The notes beneath the pieces are model-generated. The model saw only the letters and a list, made by a program, of their open reading frames with translations, did no database searches and had not been told where the DNA came from. A DNA stretch of 64,000 nucleotides from NCBI GenBank assembly GCA_004431415.1, contig QPMI01000469.1, forward strand, positions 124,001-188,000, read 5' to 3'. Made by a program: the position numbers and the translations under genes. Origin of the DNA: Cyanophora paradoxa CCMP329. Taxonomy: Eukaryota > Plantae > Glaucophyta. The first letter of the stretch is position 1. Each line of letters begins with the position of its first letter. Of the stretch, positions 12,103 to 24,400 are shown piece after piece.

Positions 12103-15093
12103 ATGGATTCCCGTGTGGCGCACGTAGAAGGCGCACGTGTTGATGTACCGACATGCGCTGATCTTCAGTCGAAGCTTCCTGCCCTTTTTGGTGCGCGGGG
12201 CAGCACAACCGCCTCTGATTAGCCGGCGCTACCGGGGTTTGACTGCTTCCGCAGCGTCTATGGTTGCGACACCAGAGCAAGAGGAGGAAGCTATCGAGCG
12301 GCGGAAACGAATGAGCGAAGACATCCTCGCGCGGCGGCAGAAACTGAAACAAGCTGCTGTGACTACGAGTCCCGTTGTTGCATCTAAGACTTCGACTTGT
12401 GGGATTATCCCTGCAGGACAAGCCAGTCAGATAAAGCGGTACTAGAAATTTCGTTCTGACTTCTTGCATTCGTTGACTGTTTCCCTCCGGATCCTTCAGG
12501 ACTGTTGCCAACAGTAGAATCCGATCCAAGGCGATATCTTTGCCGAATCCCTGGTCTGCCGCTTCCGCTTCTGCTTGTTCGTTCCACTTCTGGTCATAAC
12601 ATTTCCTGCAGTGCAAAACGCAAATTGGGCGAGGATGACAGTTCTGAAAAGCACATCATTGAACATGTTTTTGAGCAACTTCCGACGGAAATCGTTGTCA
12701 AGATTTTGTTCTTTCTTGCCCAAGATGCTGTGGATTTTTGGGGAACTTGTCGATTTCCTCTCTGGTCGCGAAAACTCTGTCAAGACTACCGAGCGGTGTC
12801 TGGCACCGTTACCTCACCAAACTTGTACCTTCAGGATGCGTTTCCTACATTGTTCGGGATCAAACCAAAGCGAGAGCAGTGCCAAGGACTAGTCAATTCT
12901 AGAAACGACAAGACATTCGACGATTCATTTCAAAACCTTCTCACAGTCTGGATCAATCGAGCTTGCAACTATGGCTTCCAAAGCCGACGACTAGACATAA
13001 TTGCTTCGATTGGGTCCTTTTACTTAAAGAAAGTCCGCACACGTTTCAATATCTTGACATCTTCTGATCTTCTGATCATATCTATCAGATTCCATTGCTT
13101 GTGAAACGGTTGGAGCTCACCGACTTGAAGATCGTTCACGGCGATTTCCTCATGATTAATTGGAATGGAATTTTCAGTTCGCCACCTACACCAACGACCA
13201 ACGAGACAGCTGTGCAATTTCGAAACAAGTACATTGCGTCTGTCATTGAAGCTGCCTCGTTGTCCTCATCCAACACACTTGTTAATCTGGTCATCAATAT
13301 CAGTGTTCATAAGGAATACACAAGTCCCCCACCTTCTCAGTCATACGTGCTCTACAAAGATGCGTCAACAACAACACCAACAATTGTTGCTCGTGATTTC
13401 AGAGTTCCTCCATGTGTGCTTCTTTCCAGAAAGTGAGTATACTTCCAATGCTAATACGGAGACGGCAGCAATGAGCCAATGGAACCAAATACTTCAATCG
13501 CTTCAAAAACTTCGACTTCTCCAGAAGCTTGATTTTGGGCGTTCAATTTATATGGACTGTGAACGTGTGCGGTCTCTTGCGAAATGCATCCCTGCAATCA
13601 AGTCATTTTCGATGTGGATTGGGAGTGTTCACACGCACTACGGATGTGAGCGTTTTAAGTATTGCGACTTGCTTTTGTATGAATAAATGGAAATGCAGAT
13701 TTGTATAAAACGGGCGACGGAAGGTTGCAATCGAACCTTTGCGAAGAGGATGCTTTTTCATACACCTCTCAACCGCTTGTGTGCGCCGTTGCATGCGCTA
13801 TCTCAGAGTCGTTTCGGAATTTGGAGGTACATTTGTGAACATTGTGACACATCACGTTGACCGTCGGACGTTGACACTTTCTCGCAAAAGGAGCTTGGGA
13901 TATTCGTGGACGATGCCCGATTCACAAGCATTGTGGACCTCGATAACGCACTTCAAATCATTCTCAGCATTGCAACTCTTAAACGGCTTCATACGGGTTC
14001 GCTTGGCATGTACCATCATTTTTATGGCATCATTATGATTTCTACTGCGCCGTTTTCAGTTTCAGACATGCTGTATCGCGTTTCGAACGATCTCCACTTG
14101 CGAAATGCCGATATCTCGTCACTGGAGCATCTTTCTGTGAAGTGTACCCGGATGCGCAACCTTTCTGCCGAACGAATTGCAAGATCGTCGCTGGAGTCGG
14201 TTGCTAGAATCGCATCCGTAAGCCACTACAAATCGCACGTTTTCCGTCGTTCTTATATTAAAAAGCAGAAGACTCCGAAAATGCGATCAGTCGAGTTGCA
14301 GGGCTTTCCTCTCTCTCTGGCCTCTCTTTTTGACATGCTCTTCGCAAGGCCGGCATTGGTTATAACCGACATTTCGGTTATATCAACATCATGCGCGTGC
14401 ACCTTTGCGCATATCAAGAAGTCACGCGATTATACATGCACTCATTCAGCATCTGAACATTGCGGAATCGAAACTTTCACTGCATTGTCATCGTCGATTT
14501 CAATCAAGAAAATTCAACAAATCTCGGTGAATATCAGAGGATGTGGGAAACGTATTCGTGCGAGACTGGACCAACTTTCGTCTGTCGTGCGCTACACAAG
14601 TGGACTCAGACGAATTTTATTAACAATCGAACATCGAGCTCCAGTCCTGGTAAATTCGAACGGTTATGGGCAATTCGAATCCGAGTTTCTCGTACAAGCC
14701 GACCGAAACATTTCATCTCATCTTCTTAACAACTTTGTCAGCAACAGGCTCTTCGCCTGGGGAATCACGGATTTCGTTCGGATCTCGTGGCTTCCGTCTT
14801 GGGAAGAATTTTTTGCACTCAGGCAACACTGCAGCAACATCCGATTCATGAATGTTTTTGTATGCTGCGATAGAGCGTCGGACTTTAGCAAGCGAGATTT
14901 TGTGGAACGCTTTTCGGCACTCGAAGATATAGCTCGCAGACCCGGAGTAGATTGCCATATTCATTTCATTAAACATGCAGTGCTACACATTCGTGATGTC
15001 ATTCTTAAGGAAACTCTTCCAAGCTGCAATGTACATTTCCAAGATGGCCCTGATGCAGTGTCTCTACAATCTGCTCCACAGCTGTACCTGTAG
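12103..15093 (+). CDS. F-box plus LRR-like protein, multi-exon
   Basis: F-box motif VFEQLPTEIVVKILFFL (~12665). In-frame GT-AG introns at 12210-12254 and 13033-13088 join ORF pieces. LRR-like stretches (LQKLRLLQKLDF, ISSLEHLSVK, LRRILLT) are present, and the 395-aa last ORF ends at 15093. Confidence 0.65.
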
Positions 15094-15390
15094 AATGAAG
15101 TCTTTTTTGAATGAAGTGTTGCTTCAAACTGCTCCGGATCCAGATTGTAGATTTTAGGTCCAGAAGGATTGAGATGAATTGTACCGCAACAAAATCTGAT
15201 CTTGCAAATGAATCTGATGTACAATCTGAAAACCAAAAGCATGAAAAGTGTTTCTTCAGATCGAAAAGTATTCTATTTAATAAATATTTTATTTAATGAT
15301 GGGGGTACATATTACATTAGGTGAAGTCAGTCGATTCCCCGCGCGCGCGGGCAGTTGGACGACGCAGCTCGCGCAGCATGTTTGTTAGCC

Positions 15391-17556
15391 ATGCAGGCTG
15401 AAGGTTCAGATTCTGCTCGCATTGTGTCCCGCGGTTGGCTGATGCCCGTCTTTAGGTGATGTTCATTCGGACGAGAGTGGCGGTCTGATAAGTGGGCGGG
15501 CTTCCTTTCCAGCGAAAGGATCAACACAGAGAGCAAGTGAGCGGGCATCAAGCCGCCGCATGGCGGGTTTCGCGTTTTCCAGCATCCGTGCGTTTGAGCG
15601 TTCCGTAGGTACTGGTGATGCATCTGTCTCGGATCCTGGAACGCCGAGGAATGGTGAGCGTATACGTATATCGGCCACGCTGGGAATGGGGCGCGTTCCC
15701 TTGATGCTGACCGCTCCCGCTTCTACCGCCCTTCGTAGCTCGCCCCGACATCGTTGATGCTGACGTCGAAGGCGCACGTGTTGATGCTTCGACATGCACT
15801 GAACTTCAGTCGAAGCTTCCTGCTAGTTGTGGTGCGCGGTGCAGCACCATCTGTTTTGATTCGGCTTCGACCGCTTCCGCAGCGTCAATAGTTGCGACAC
15901 CAGAGCAAGAGGAGGAGGCTGTCGAGCGGCGGAAACGAATGAGCGAATCCATCCTCGCGCGGCGTCAGAAACTTAAAGAGCTTGCTGTTGCAACTCCTCA
16001 AAGGCAAAGGCCCCTCTTTCCGGCACAATCTCCGAAAAAGGCATCCAAAAGGCCGCTCGAAACGTGCGTGCGTTTTGTTTCTGTCCACGCGTTTTTTGTC
16101 TTATGTTGTCTTCAGTCCTGGCTTCCACCAGGCGTCCAGGTGCGGCAAAGGACAATGTTCAGACCCATTAAGACGGTCTTACATAATTTGTTAGCACGGC
16201 GGGTGCTCCGTATGCTGCTGGCCCAAGCTCGGCGGACAAGAAAGTCATTCGCGAGAGCCCCACCGTGAACAAGCCCCATCGCTGGAAACGTGCATGCAAT
16301 TCCCTCTCTTGATTGCTCTCATGTCTTATGTTGTCTTCAGTCCTGGCTTCCACCAGGCGTCCAGGTGCGGCAAAGGACAATGTTCAGACCCATTAAGACG
16401 GTCTTACATAATTTGTTAGCACGGCGGGTGCTCCGTATGCTGCTGGCCCAAGCTCGGCGGACAAGAAAGTCATTCGCGAGAGCCCCACCGTGAACAAGCC
16501 CCCATCGCTGGAAACGTGCATGCAATTCCCTCTCTTGATTGCTCTCATGTCTTACGTTTTCGTCAGTCCTGGCGTCGATCAGCCGTCCTCGTGCGGCTTG
16601 AAACCGTTTCTGAACCGTTCTCATAACCTCTCATGTCTTGCTGTAGATCGGAGGAAGCTGCAGTTAAGTCGTTTGATACCGTAACCGGCCCGCGAGAACA
16701 AGTTCCGTTTGGAACCACATATACAAAGAGCTTCACGGACGAGTACCCAACGGAATCAGTCCCTTCAGGTAGTGATCGCTGGTATAGGGTGCGAGCATGA
16801 TTTGTTTACTGGTATAGGGTGCACCACTGACTCCATTTTGGATTTCAGGACTGCCATTTGGACTTCGCGGCAGCGCATCGGCTGAAGAAATTGATAATAC
16901 ATGATGAAGTCGTTCTTTTCCTAGGTCTCAGTATGATCGAAGCGAAAGAAGTGTTCAACAATCTCGCAACCCGCGAACCAATGAAGAACCGCCAAATCAT
17001 GAACAACCGCGATCGACCCTGGAAGCTTTGTTTTTTGCCGATTGCTCAGGGTGACAATGTCGTGCATGGTGCCACGGGGCAACACTGGAGTCTTCTCGTC
17101 TTCGACAGGGTCAAGAAGCAGATTCGCTGGTTCGACTCGCTTCAATACACGGTGGATTCTGCATTGCGATCGTCTCTTTCAGCGGCTTTCAATGAATTTT
17201 CGATCGTGGACGAAACATCTGAGGGTTGTCTTCAACGCGATTCGTACCAGTGTGGACCCTGGATCGTGTTTTTCATTGACTGTGTCGCTCGCGAAATCGA
17301 CCCAGGGGATATCTCTCACTGGAAAGAAAGCGAGGACTTTAAAAACAACGTGAAGTTCTTGAAGGGAACGTCAGGCACGAACAAGAACTTCATGGACATG
17401 AAGCGGCAGGAATATCAGAAGGTGTTTGTTGATGAATGTCCTGGCGAGGTTCCGTCGGGTCCGTCTTTGTTTGATACGTTTTGTTTTGTCGCTATGTATA
17501 GTGATTCCGTACTCAACAGGTGCTTCCGTTGCGGATTTCTTCGAGATTACATGTGA
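15391..17556 (+). CDS. SENP8/NEDP1-like C48 cysteine protease (putative deNEDDylase), copy 1
   Basis: Exon 16849-17556: LCFLPI...GQHWSLLVFD...IRWFDSL...LQRDSYQCGPW, giving the His/Asp/Cys triad plus oxyanion Gln in C48 order and resembling SENP8 (FLPIN..GSHWSLLV). The upstream small exons and the start are approximate. Confidence 0.75.
16097..16575 (+). repeat. Tandem duplication of a ~225-bp two-exon unit inside the protease gene
   Basis: TGTCTTATGTTGTCTTCAGTCCTGGC occurs at 16097 and 16322, with a diverged third start at ~16548. Each unit keeps its splice sites. Confidence 0.9.
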
Positions 17557-17754
17557 AACACCTGTCCCGTGCAGGCGAGGCGTGGCCGCTCCATGTTCTT
17601 CTTTGCTTCACTGAATTGAATATAGCGCAGAGTGTACGACAGCGACGAAGACTCCTAGCTCGACAGCGTCCGGAAAGAGCCAGTAGGACCTGTTTTCTTG
17701 AATTTTCGAGAAAGAGAGAGAGATTTCCCTAAAGAGATATGCTTCGCCTGACCT

Positions 17755-18923
17755 TTGTTTTTTCTCCCAAGATCGAGGGTGGAAAACAAACAAAGCAGCG
17801 ATGGGGCGGGAGTTAGGTGGCGGGCTTGGTTTTTCAGAAAGCGCCGACTTTTATCGTACGTTGATTGGGAATTGTTTTGGAGCATATATCTCACCTTACT
17901 TGTAAAGTGGTGCAGCGAAGAAAAAGAGCGTGTCAAGGCTTCGATGATCGGTCCAATTAATGACATTATTGTTGAGTCCACGTTCCCCGTTTTGGGATTT
18001 TTGATAGTCTCTCGCGAGCATCTTCGGAAACTTCGCGGAACTGAATGGCTGGACGATGAGATTGTCAACTTTTACATGGGCCTGCTTGCTCGTCGGAACG
18101 CTCTTGCCCACCCACCGCTTCCTTTGAAAGTAAGATTCAAGTGATTCATTCTTTTCGTCTGGGCGATGCCGATCGATCTCTTCTTTTTTGCACCAGTGTC
18201 ATATATGGCATTCGTTCTTCTACACGCGATTAACAGTGCCTACGTATGATTTCAATAGGGTGAAGGATTGGACGGTGGATAAGGTGTTCATTCTCAAAAT
18301 CTTGAGTTTTAATCGAATTCGAAATCACGCGTGCAGGTGGACATCTTCTCAATGGACCGCGTTATCTGCCCAATAAACCTTAACAGCACACACTGGACAT
18401 TGGCCGTCATTGACTTCAACGAAAAGCAGGTGTCCTGTACTTTCTTACTTTTTTTGTTTAATTTCAATCTTTCGTGTTTTCAGATTCTATACTATGATGG
18501 ATATTACGGAAGTGGGGCAGTCCAATGTGCAGTGTGCAGTACAGTTCTTTCGCTCCAAGAAAACATTGATTTGTATTCCAGAACTTAAGGCGCTGGCTAC
18601 AAGATGAGCACAACCACAAGAAAAATGCCCCTCTGGATCTCTCGAATTGGCGTGTTGTGGCACCTTCATTGAACAGGGTCCCACTACAGGTATTTGCCTC
18701 GAAATCCGAGCTTATCAATAATATTCACTATTTTTTACAGACCGACGGGAACAGCTGCGGAGTGTTCATGTGCTTATTTGCTGATTATGTCTCAACCGGT
18801 GATGAATGCTTCATTGTCGGCGACGGACTGGACGCTTTCAGCCAGAAAGACATGAGATACTTCCGGGAGCGTATAGCGCTAGAAATTATACGGGGGCAGG
18901 CCTTCTCGGAGCGAGCCCTGTAG
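17755..18923 (+). CDS. Ulp1/SENP1-type SUMO protease (peptidase C48), six coding exons resolved, 5' end uncertain
   Basis: Phase-0 introns at 18130-18196, 18284-18336, 18430-18483, 18532-18581 and 18690-18740 give WLDDEIVNFYM...SFFYTRL...VKDWT...ICPINLNSTHWTLAVID...ILYYDG...PLQTDGNSCGVFMC...FSQKDMRYFRERIALEI, with an intact H/D/C triad and Q. Confidence 0.95.
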
Positions 18924-18975
18924 ACTTGTGTTCTGAATGTGAAACTCTGAATCTGAATGCATGTGCAGAGCTTGT

Positions 18976-20790
18976 GCGCGCAGCGCGGGCGGGGGGCGCG
19001 GGCGGGGCTGCACGGACTCGCTCGGCGTCGGCGGACGGCGTCGGCGGCGTCGCGGCGTCGTCCCCTCGCGTTCAGGGCGCCCGCCGGCGGCGCCGCGCGG
19101 CCTCCTGCGGCGGGGCGCCGGCGCGCAGCGCGGGCGGGGGCGCGGGCGGGGCTGCACGGACTCGCTCGGCGTCGGCGGACGGCGTCGGCGGCGTCGCGGC
19201 GTCGTCCCCTCGCGTTCAGGGCGCCCGCCGGCGGCGCCGCGCGGCCTCCTGCGGCGGGGCGCCGGCGCGCAGCGCGGGCGGGGGGCGCGGGCGGGGCTGC
19301 ACGGACTCGCTCGGCGTCGGCGGACGGCGTCGGCGGCGTCGCGGCGTCGTCCCCTCGCGTTCAGGGCGCCCGCCGGCGGCGCCGCGCGGCCTCCTGCGGC
19401 GGGGCGCCGGCGCGCAGCGCGGGCGGGGGGCGCGGGCGGGGCTGCACGGACTCGCTCGGCGTCGGCGGACGGCGTCGGCGGCGTCGCGGCGTCGTCCCCT
19501 CGCGTTCAGGGCGCCCGCCGGCGGCGCCGCGCGGCCTCCTGCGGCGGGGCGCCGGCGCGCAGCGCGGGCGGGGGCGCGGGCGGGGCTGCACGGACTCGCT
19601 CGGCGTCGGCGGACGGCGTCGGCGGCGTCGCGGCGTCGTCCCCTCGCGTTCAGGGCGCCCGCCGGCGGCGCCGCGCGGCCTCCTGCGGCGGGGCGCCGGC
19701 GCGCAGCGCGGGCGGGGGCGCGGGCGGGGCTGCACGGACTCGCTCGGCGTCGGCGGACGGCGTCGGCGGCGTCGCGGCGTCGTCCCCTCGCGTTCAGGGC
19801 GCCCGCCGGCGGCGCCGCGCGGCCTCCTGCGGCGGGGCGCCGGCGCGCAGCGCGGGCGGGGGGCGCGGGCGGGGCTGCACGGACTCGCTCGGCGTCGGCG
19901 GACGGCGTCGGCGGCGTCGCGGCGTCGTCCCCTCGCGTTCAGGGCGCCCGCCGGCGGCGCCGCGCGGCCTCCTGCGGCGGGGCGCCGGCGCGCAGCGCGG
20001 GCGGGGGCGCGGGCGGGGCTGCACGGACTCGCTCGGCGTCGGCGGACGGCGTCGGCGGCGTCGCGGCGTCGTCCCCTCGCGTTCAGGGCGCCCGCCGGCG
20101 GCGCCGCGCGGCCTCCTGCGGCGGGGCGCCGGCGCGCAGCGCGGGCGGGGGGCGCGGGCGGGGCTGCACGGACTCGCTCGGCGTCGGCGGACGGCGTCGG
20201 CGGCGTCGCGGCGTCGTCCCCTCGCGTTCAGGGCGCCCGCCGGCGGCGCCGCGCGGCCTCCTGCGGCGGGGCGCCGGCGCGCAGCGCGGGCGGGGGCGCG
20301 GGCGGGGCTGCACGGACTCGCTCGGCGTCGGCGGACGGCGTCGGCGGCGTCGCGGCGTCGTCCCCTCGCGTTCAGGGCGCCCGCCGGCGGCGCCGCGCGG
20401 CCTCCTGCGGCGGGGCGCCGGCGCGCAGCGCGGGCGGGGGGCGCGGGCGGGGCTGCACGGACTCGCTCGGCGTCGGCGGACGGCGTCGGCGGCGTCGCGG
20501 CGTCGTCCCCTCGCGTTCAGGGCGCCCGCCGGCGGCGCCGCGCGGCCTCCTGCGGCGGGCGCCGGCGCGCAGCGCGGGCGGGGGGCGCGGGCGGGCTGCA
20601 CGGACTCGCTCGGCGTCGGCGGACGGCGTCGGCGGCGTCGCGGCGTCGTCCCCTCGCGTTCAGGGCGCCCGCCGGCGGCGCCGCGCGGCCTCCTGCGGCG
20701 GGGCGCCGGCGCGCAGCGCGGGCGGGGGCGCGGGCGGGGCTGCACGGACTCGCTCACTCGCTCGGCGGCGGGGCGCGCGGCGCGCGGGCG
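18976..20790. repeat. Extremely GC-rich tandem array, about 12.5 near-identical copies of a 144/145-bp unit
   Basis: GCTGCACGGACTCGCTC recurs every 143-145 bp from ~19007 to ~20740. Units differ only in G-run length. Confidence 0.98.
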
Positions 20791-21441
20791 CGGGGCGCGG
20801 GCGGGGCCCCTAACGTTCAGGGCGCCCGACGGGCGTCCCCGGCGTCGTCCCCTCGGTCTCGCGTCCTGTTCTGGATGTGGATGTTGTGGATACTGCTCCA
20901 CGGATGTTGTGGATGACCGCGCGCCTCCGGCCCGCTTCCCGACGTGACCCCGGCGAAAAGGTTACTCCATGTGTACCCCAGGGCCAGTAGAAAAAAACTG
21001 CGGAAAGAAGAAGAGTACGCTTCCAGGCCGTTCGTAGAGTGTAAAGTGACGTTATTTGAAGAATCCTCAGGACAAACGTTGATTCCGGCGTGCGGAGGGC
21101 TTCCACTCTCGGGTTCGCATGCCATCGCTCGTATTCGCATCCGCTCGCACCGCGCGTCTTTCGTGAGCTCACAGCGGCCACCTTAACATAAGTAGGACTG
21201 GACGAGGTGTTACGGTGGCCGCTTGTCGAAGTAGATTCCACTTTCTGGTTCGCTTCTCGTGGAATCCACTCTCCGGTTCGCTATCCCTCTGTTCGACGAA
21301 TGTTCTCGCGTGATGTGCTCCCGACATTCGCCCGCTCGAACAGAAGTCGTTCTACGAGAGCTGTTCCGGTGGGTGCTGGCGCCGTTCCACGATCGTGAGT
21401 CTCACTTAACAGCGCCCGCCAAACAGACGCCGGAATCTTCA

Positions 21442-24400
21442 ATGGCCCCCAAGCGCGCCAGGAGGGCGGGGACCACTGGGCAAGAAGAAGGATCCGGAGC
21501 CGCTAGCGCTGCAGCCGCTCCGGTTTCAGCCGCTCCGGCTACTCCGACAGGTATTTGAGTTTTGGCTTCCAGCTTTACAGTTCTCATCCATAACCAACAC
21601 CCGCAGCCCCTGATACGCGTGCAGAGGCAGCCCCTGATGCAGCCCCAACAGCCGTTCCTCCATCAGGTATTTGGGTGAACGCCTAGGGTGCCAGATTAAC
21701 AACCGTTCTCATCCGTAATCAGCACCCGGTGCAGCGCCGGTAGTCCCTGCAGCCGTTCCTTCACCAGGTATTTGAGTTTTGGCTTAGATCTGCCAGTTTT
21801 GGCCAGATCTGCCAGAGCCCCGATGCAGCCCCGGCAGTCCCTGCAGCCGTTCCTTCACCAGCTTCTCCTGCGTTACCAGCAACCGATGCAGCCCCGGCAG
21901 TCCCTGCAGCCGTTCCTTCACCAGGTATTTGAATTTTGGCTTTCGGCTTCGACTCTTAATCACCGAGTGGCAGAACAAGAGAACCCTCTCCTGCTGAATC
22001 CTCTAAGGGCGTCGGAACCTGAAGAATTGGGTGTTGATTCTAATCGTGCTGCCGGTAAAGGAATTCCAGCTATGGAGCATTCATGAACCCTTCATGAATT
22101 CATGGAGAATTCCGAGCAGATAATGCCCTCAAGCAGGAGCATGAGTTTCTCAATGGGATTGGAACTATTCCGGAACAAGAGTGGAGTCCTGCCTTCAAGC
22201 AACTCTCCGAACTTGCGGTCTGTCTGTTTGCAGATTGCTGTCTTTTAATCAGTTAACTGATATTAATGTTTTCCAGAACCTTTATTGGTCGATGCAAGCC
22301 CTGTATAATGATCTTTGTACGGGAGTCGAGAAAGCCCCCAATCTCACCGATTTTATCTTCCTCTTCCAGCAGTTCGAGAGCCCCCGCGCGGTCCACCTGG
22401 TCATCGACGGGAAGGCCTTCGATGCCCTTGAAAAATTTCTTGATGATGTTGATATCGTGGACGAGCCTGTCAAAAAAACACGCGATCAACTTCGAAACAA
22501 GATCCCGCTCCTGAGAAGATTGTCTGATGAATGCACGGTATCTTTGCTCGATGAACTCGCTCTTCATCGTTCGCTTCTCAATTGCACCTTGCTCAGATGC
22601 TGCCCGTGTCGCAATGGTTGTGTGTTAACTTGATGGCCGAACAAACGGAATCATCTCAAAGCATGGTCTCCCTACCCTCTGGTATAGCATTCGTCAAACA
22701 TCTGTTTGTCAAGCGTGATACAATCTGGACTCTACCTATCAGTCCAGCGCTTTTGAGAATGAGTCTGACAGAGTTCCGCGAAAAGCACGGTTCCGTTTCG
22801 AAAGCCATTGAGCTCTCTTTGATGGACTACGAAGAGTTGTGGGACGCAAAAATGAAGCTCTCAAAGCTCAGCGGTATGGTTTGTGTTTTTTGCACCGAAT
22901 GTTTACGTTAATGATTATTCCGAACGCAGGTGAGCTCGACGTCCCCCTTTCACCTGAGGAATGCAAGGAAGTTGATGGCTTCAATAACGTCGCGGCGGTC
23001 AAAGAGGCAGTTGTGAGTTTTGCATCGCATTGCATTGCATCCCACTTTTGTTTAATCATGATCAGCTGGCGATGCGCCTTTTTCAAAGTGCGGCTGTCCA
23101 GAACTCCCGACCGTCCGAGTGGAAGGATGTTTACGACAAATGTAACCCGCTTTCGGAGGCTCTGAACTCAGCAATTGTCTACAACATCATGAGGGCTGTC
23201 GACCTTGCTAGACTTCCAGGGCTTGAACGAACCGCTTCAAGGTTCCCTGAGGTCTTGAAAACCGTCAAGGTGAGGTGTTGAAAACCGCTGCTCTTTTTAT
23301 CTTGGGCTTCTGTCATCCATCGCATCTCACAGTTAACTTGTTTGCAGGAAACTCCTGTGTCGCAGCGAATTCCAATGTGGTTCTTCGCGTTTCTGTCTTC
23401 GGAGGTTTCGATTAAAGATCGCCACGGCTTAATTGCATGGGACTTTGAAGCTGTCGAAGAGTTGGATTCAGCTCTTGCACGCAAGGGCCAAGGAACAGAC
23501 ATCTTTCAACTCTGCGTCGATTTGCAAGAGTCTGAGACTTCTATGTGTTTCCCAAAATTTCGGCGGAAGATTGAGTTCTTGCGGAGTATGCAGAAAGATG
23601 TAAGCCGGTCGTCGAACCTATCAATTCTCTACTCCTTCAGCTTATTTCGCTTTCCCCAGCAGGACTTCGATGTCTTTCGCGATCAAGACTTCTTGTCAGC
23701 CCCAGCGAGAGACAAATGTAAGAAGAAGTGCACTGCATTTACTCAATTCTCAATATCCGCGCAGGTATGAATTTCCTGCAGTCACTTCATGACGAATTGG
23801 GCGAAAAAACACGAAAGTCTTTTCTTCTCCCTCCAAAACGGAAGTCTCCTGTTCTTCGTCTTCTTGAAGAGCCACGAAAGTCTCACCGGGACAACCTCAT
23901 GTTGTCTCTGAACCGTTTTGACGTGCGCTTTATGAACCTTTTTACTGAAACTTCTATTATTTATGCGCCACCAGAGTCTTCTCGCTCTTGCGTACATGTG
24001 TCTTAAAGAGGGCAATCCAGCATTTTTCGACAAGTTAATCGAAGATTCACTCGAATATGCATTGTTGAACAGCAATCAGGCCGCGGTGTCGTTGCCCGAA
24101 TCTTTGGAATTTCTGGAATCATTCCAGTATGCTCTGGTTGGCGAGCAACGGGCGATGTTCCTCCAGCACTTCGGAAATCTCGTGCAAGAATTCGATTCTT
24201 TTTTGGATCCTATCTTGGAACCACTACGAAAGGCTCGAGACGATCTTTTGGATTGTTACAACACGAACGTCAAGTCTGCCTTCCAGATGGTCGGAATCTC
24301 CCTGGTTCGGGAACAATTCGACAGTGATGACTTCGAAACAGTCGACACGAAGATCTCTTCAAGAGTCTCACAATCCCCGCCCCCTGGGATCAAACCTAAG

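Noticed and set aside
18806-20947. Long ORFs of 618-713 aa in three frames
   Set aside because: They are artefacts of a nearly stop-free GC-rich tandem repeat, and the frame changes with G-run length.
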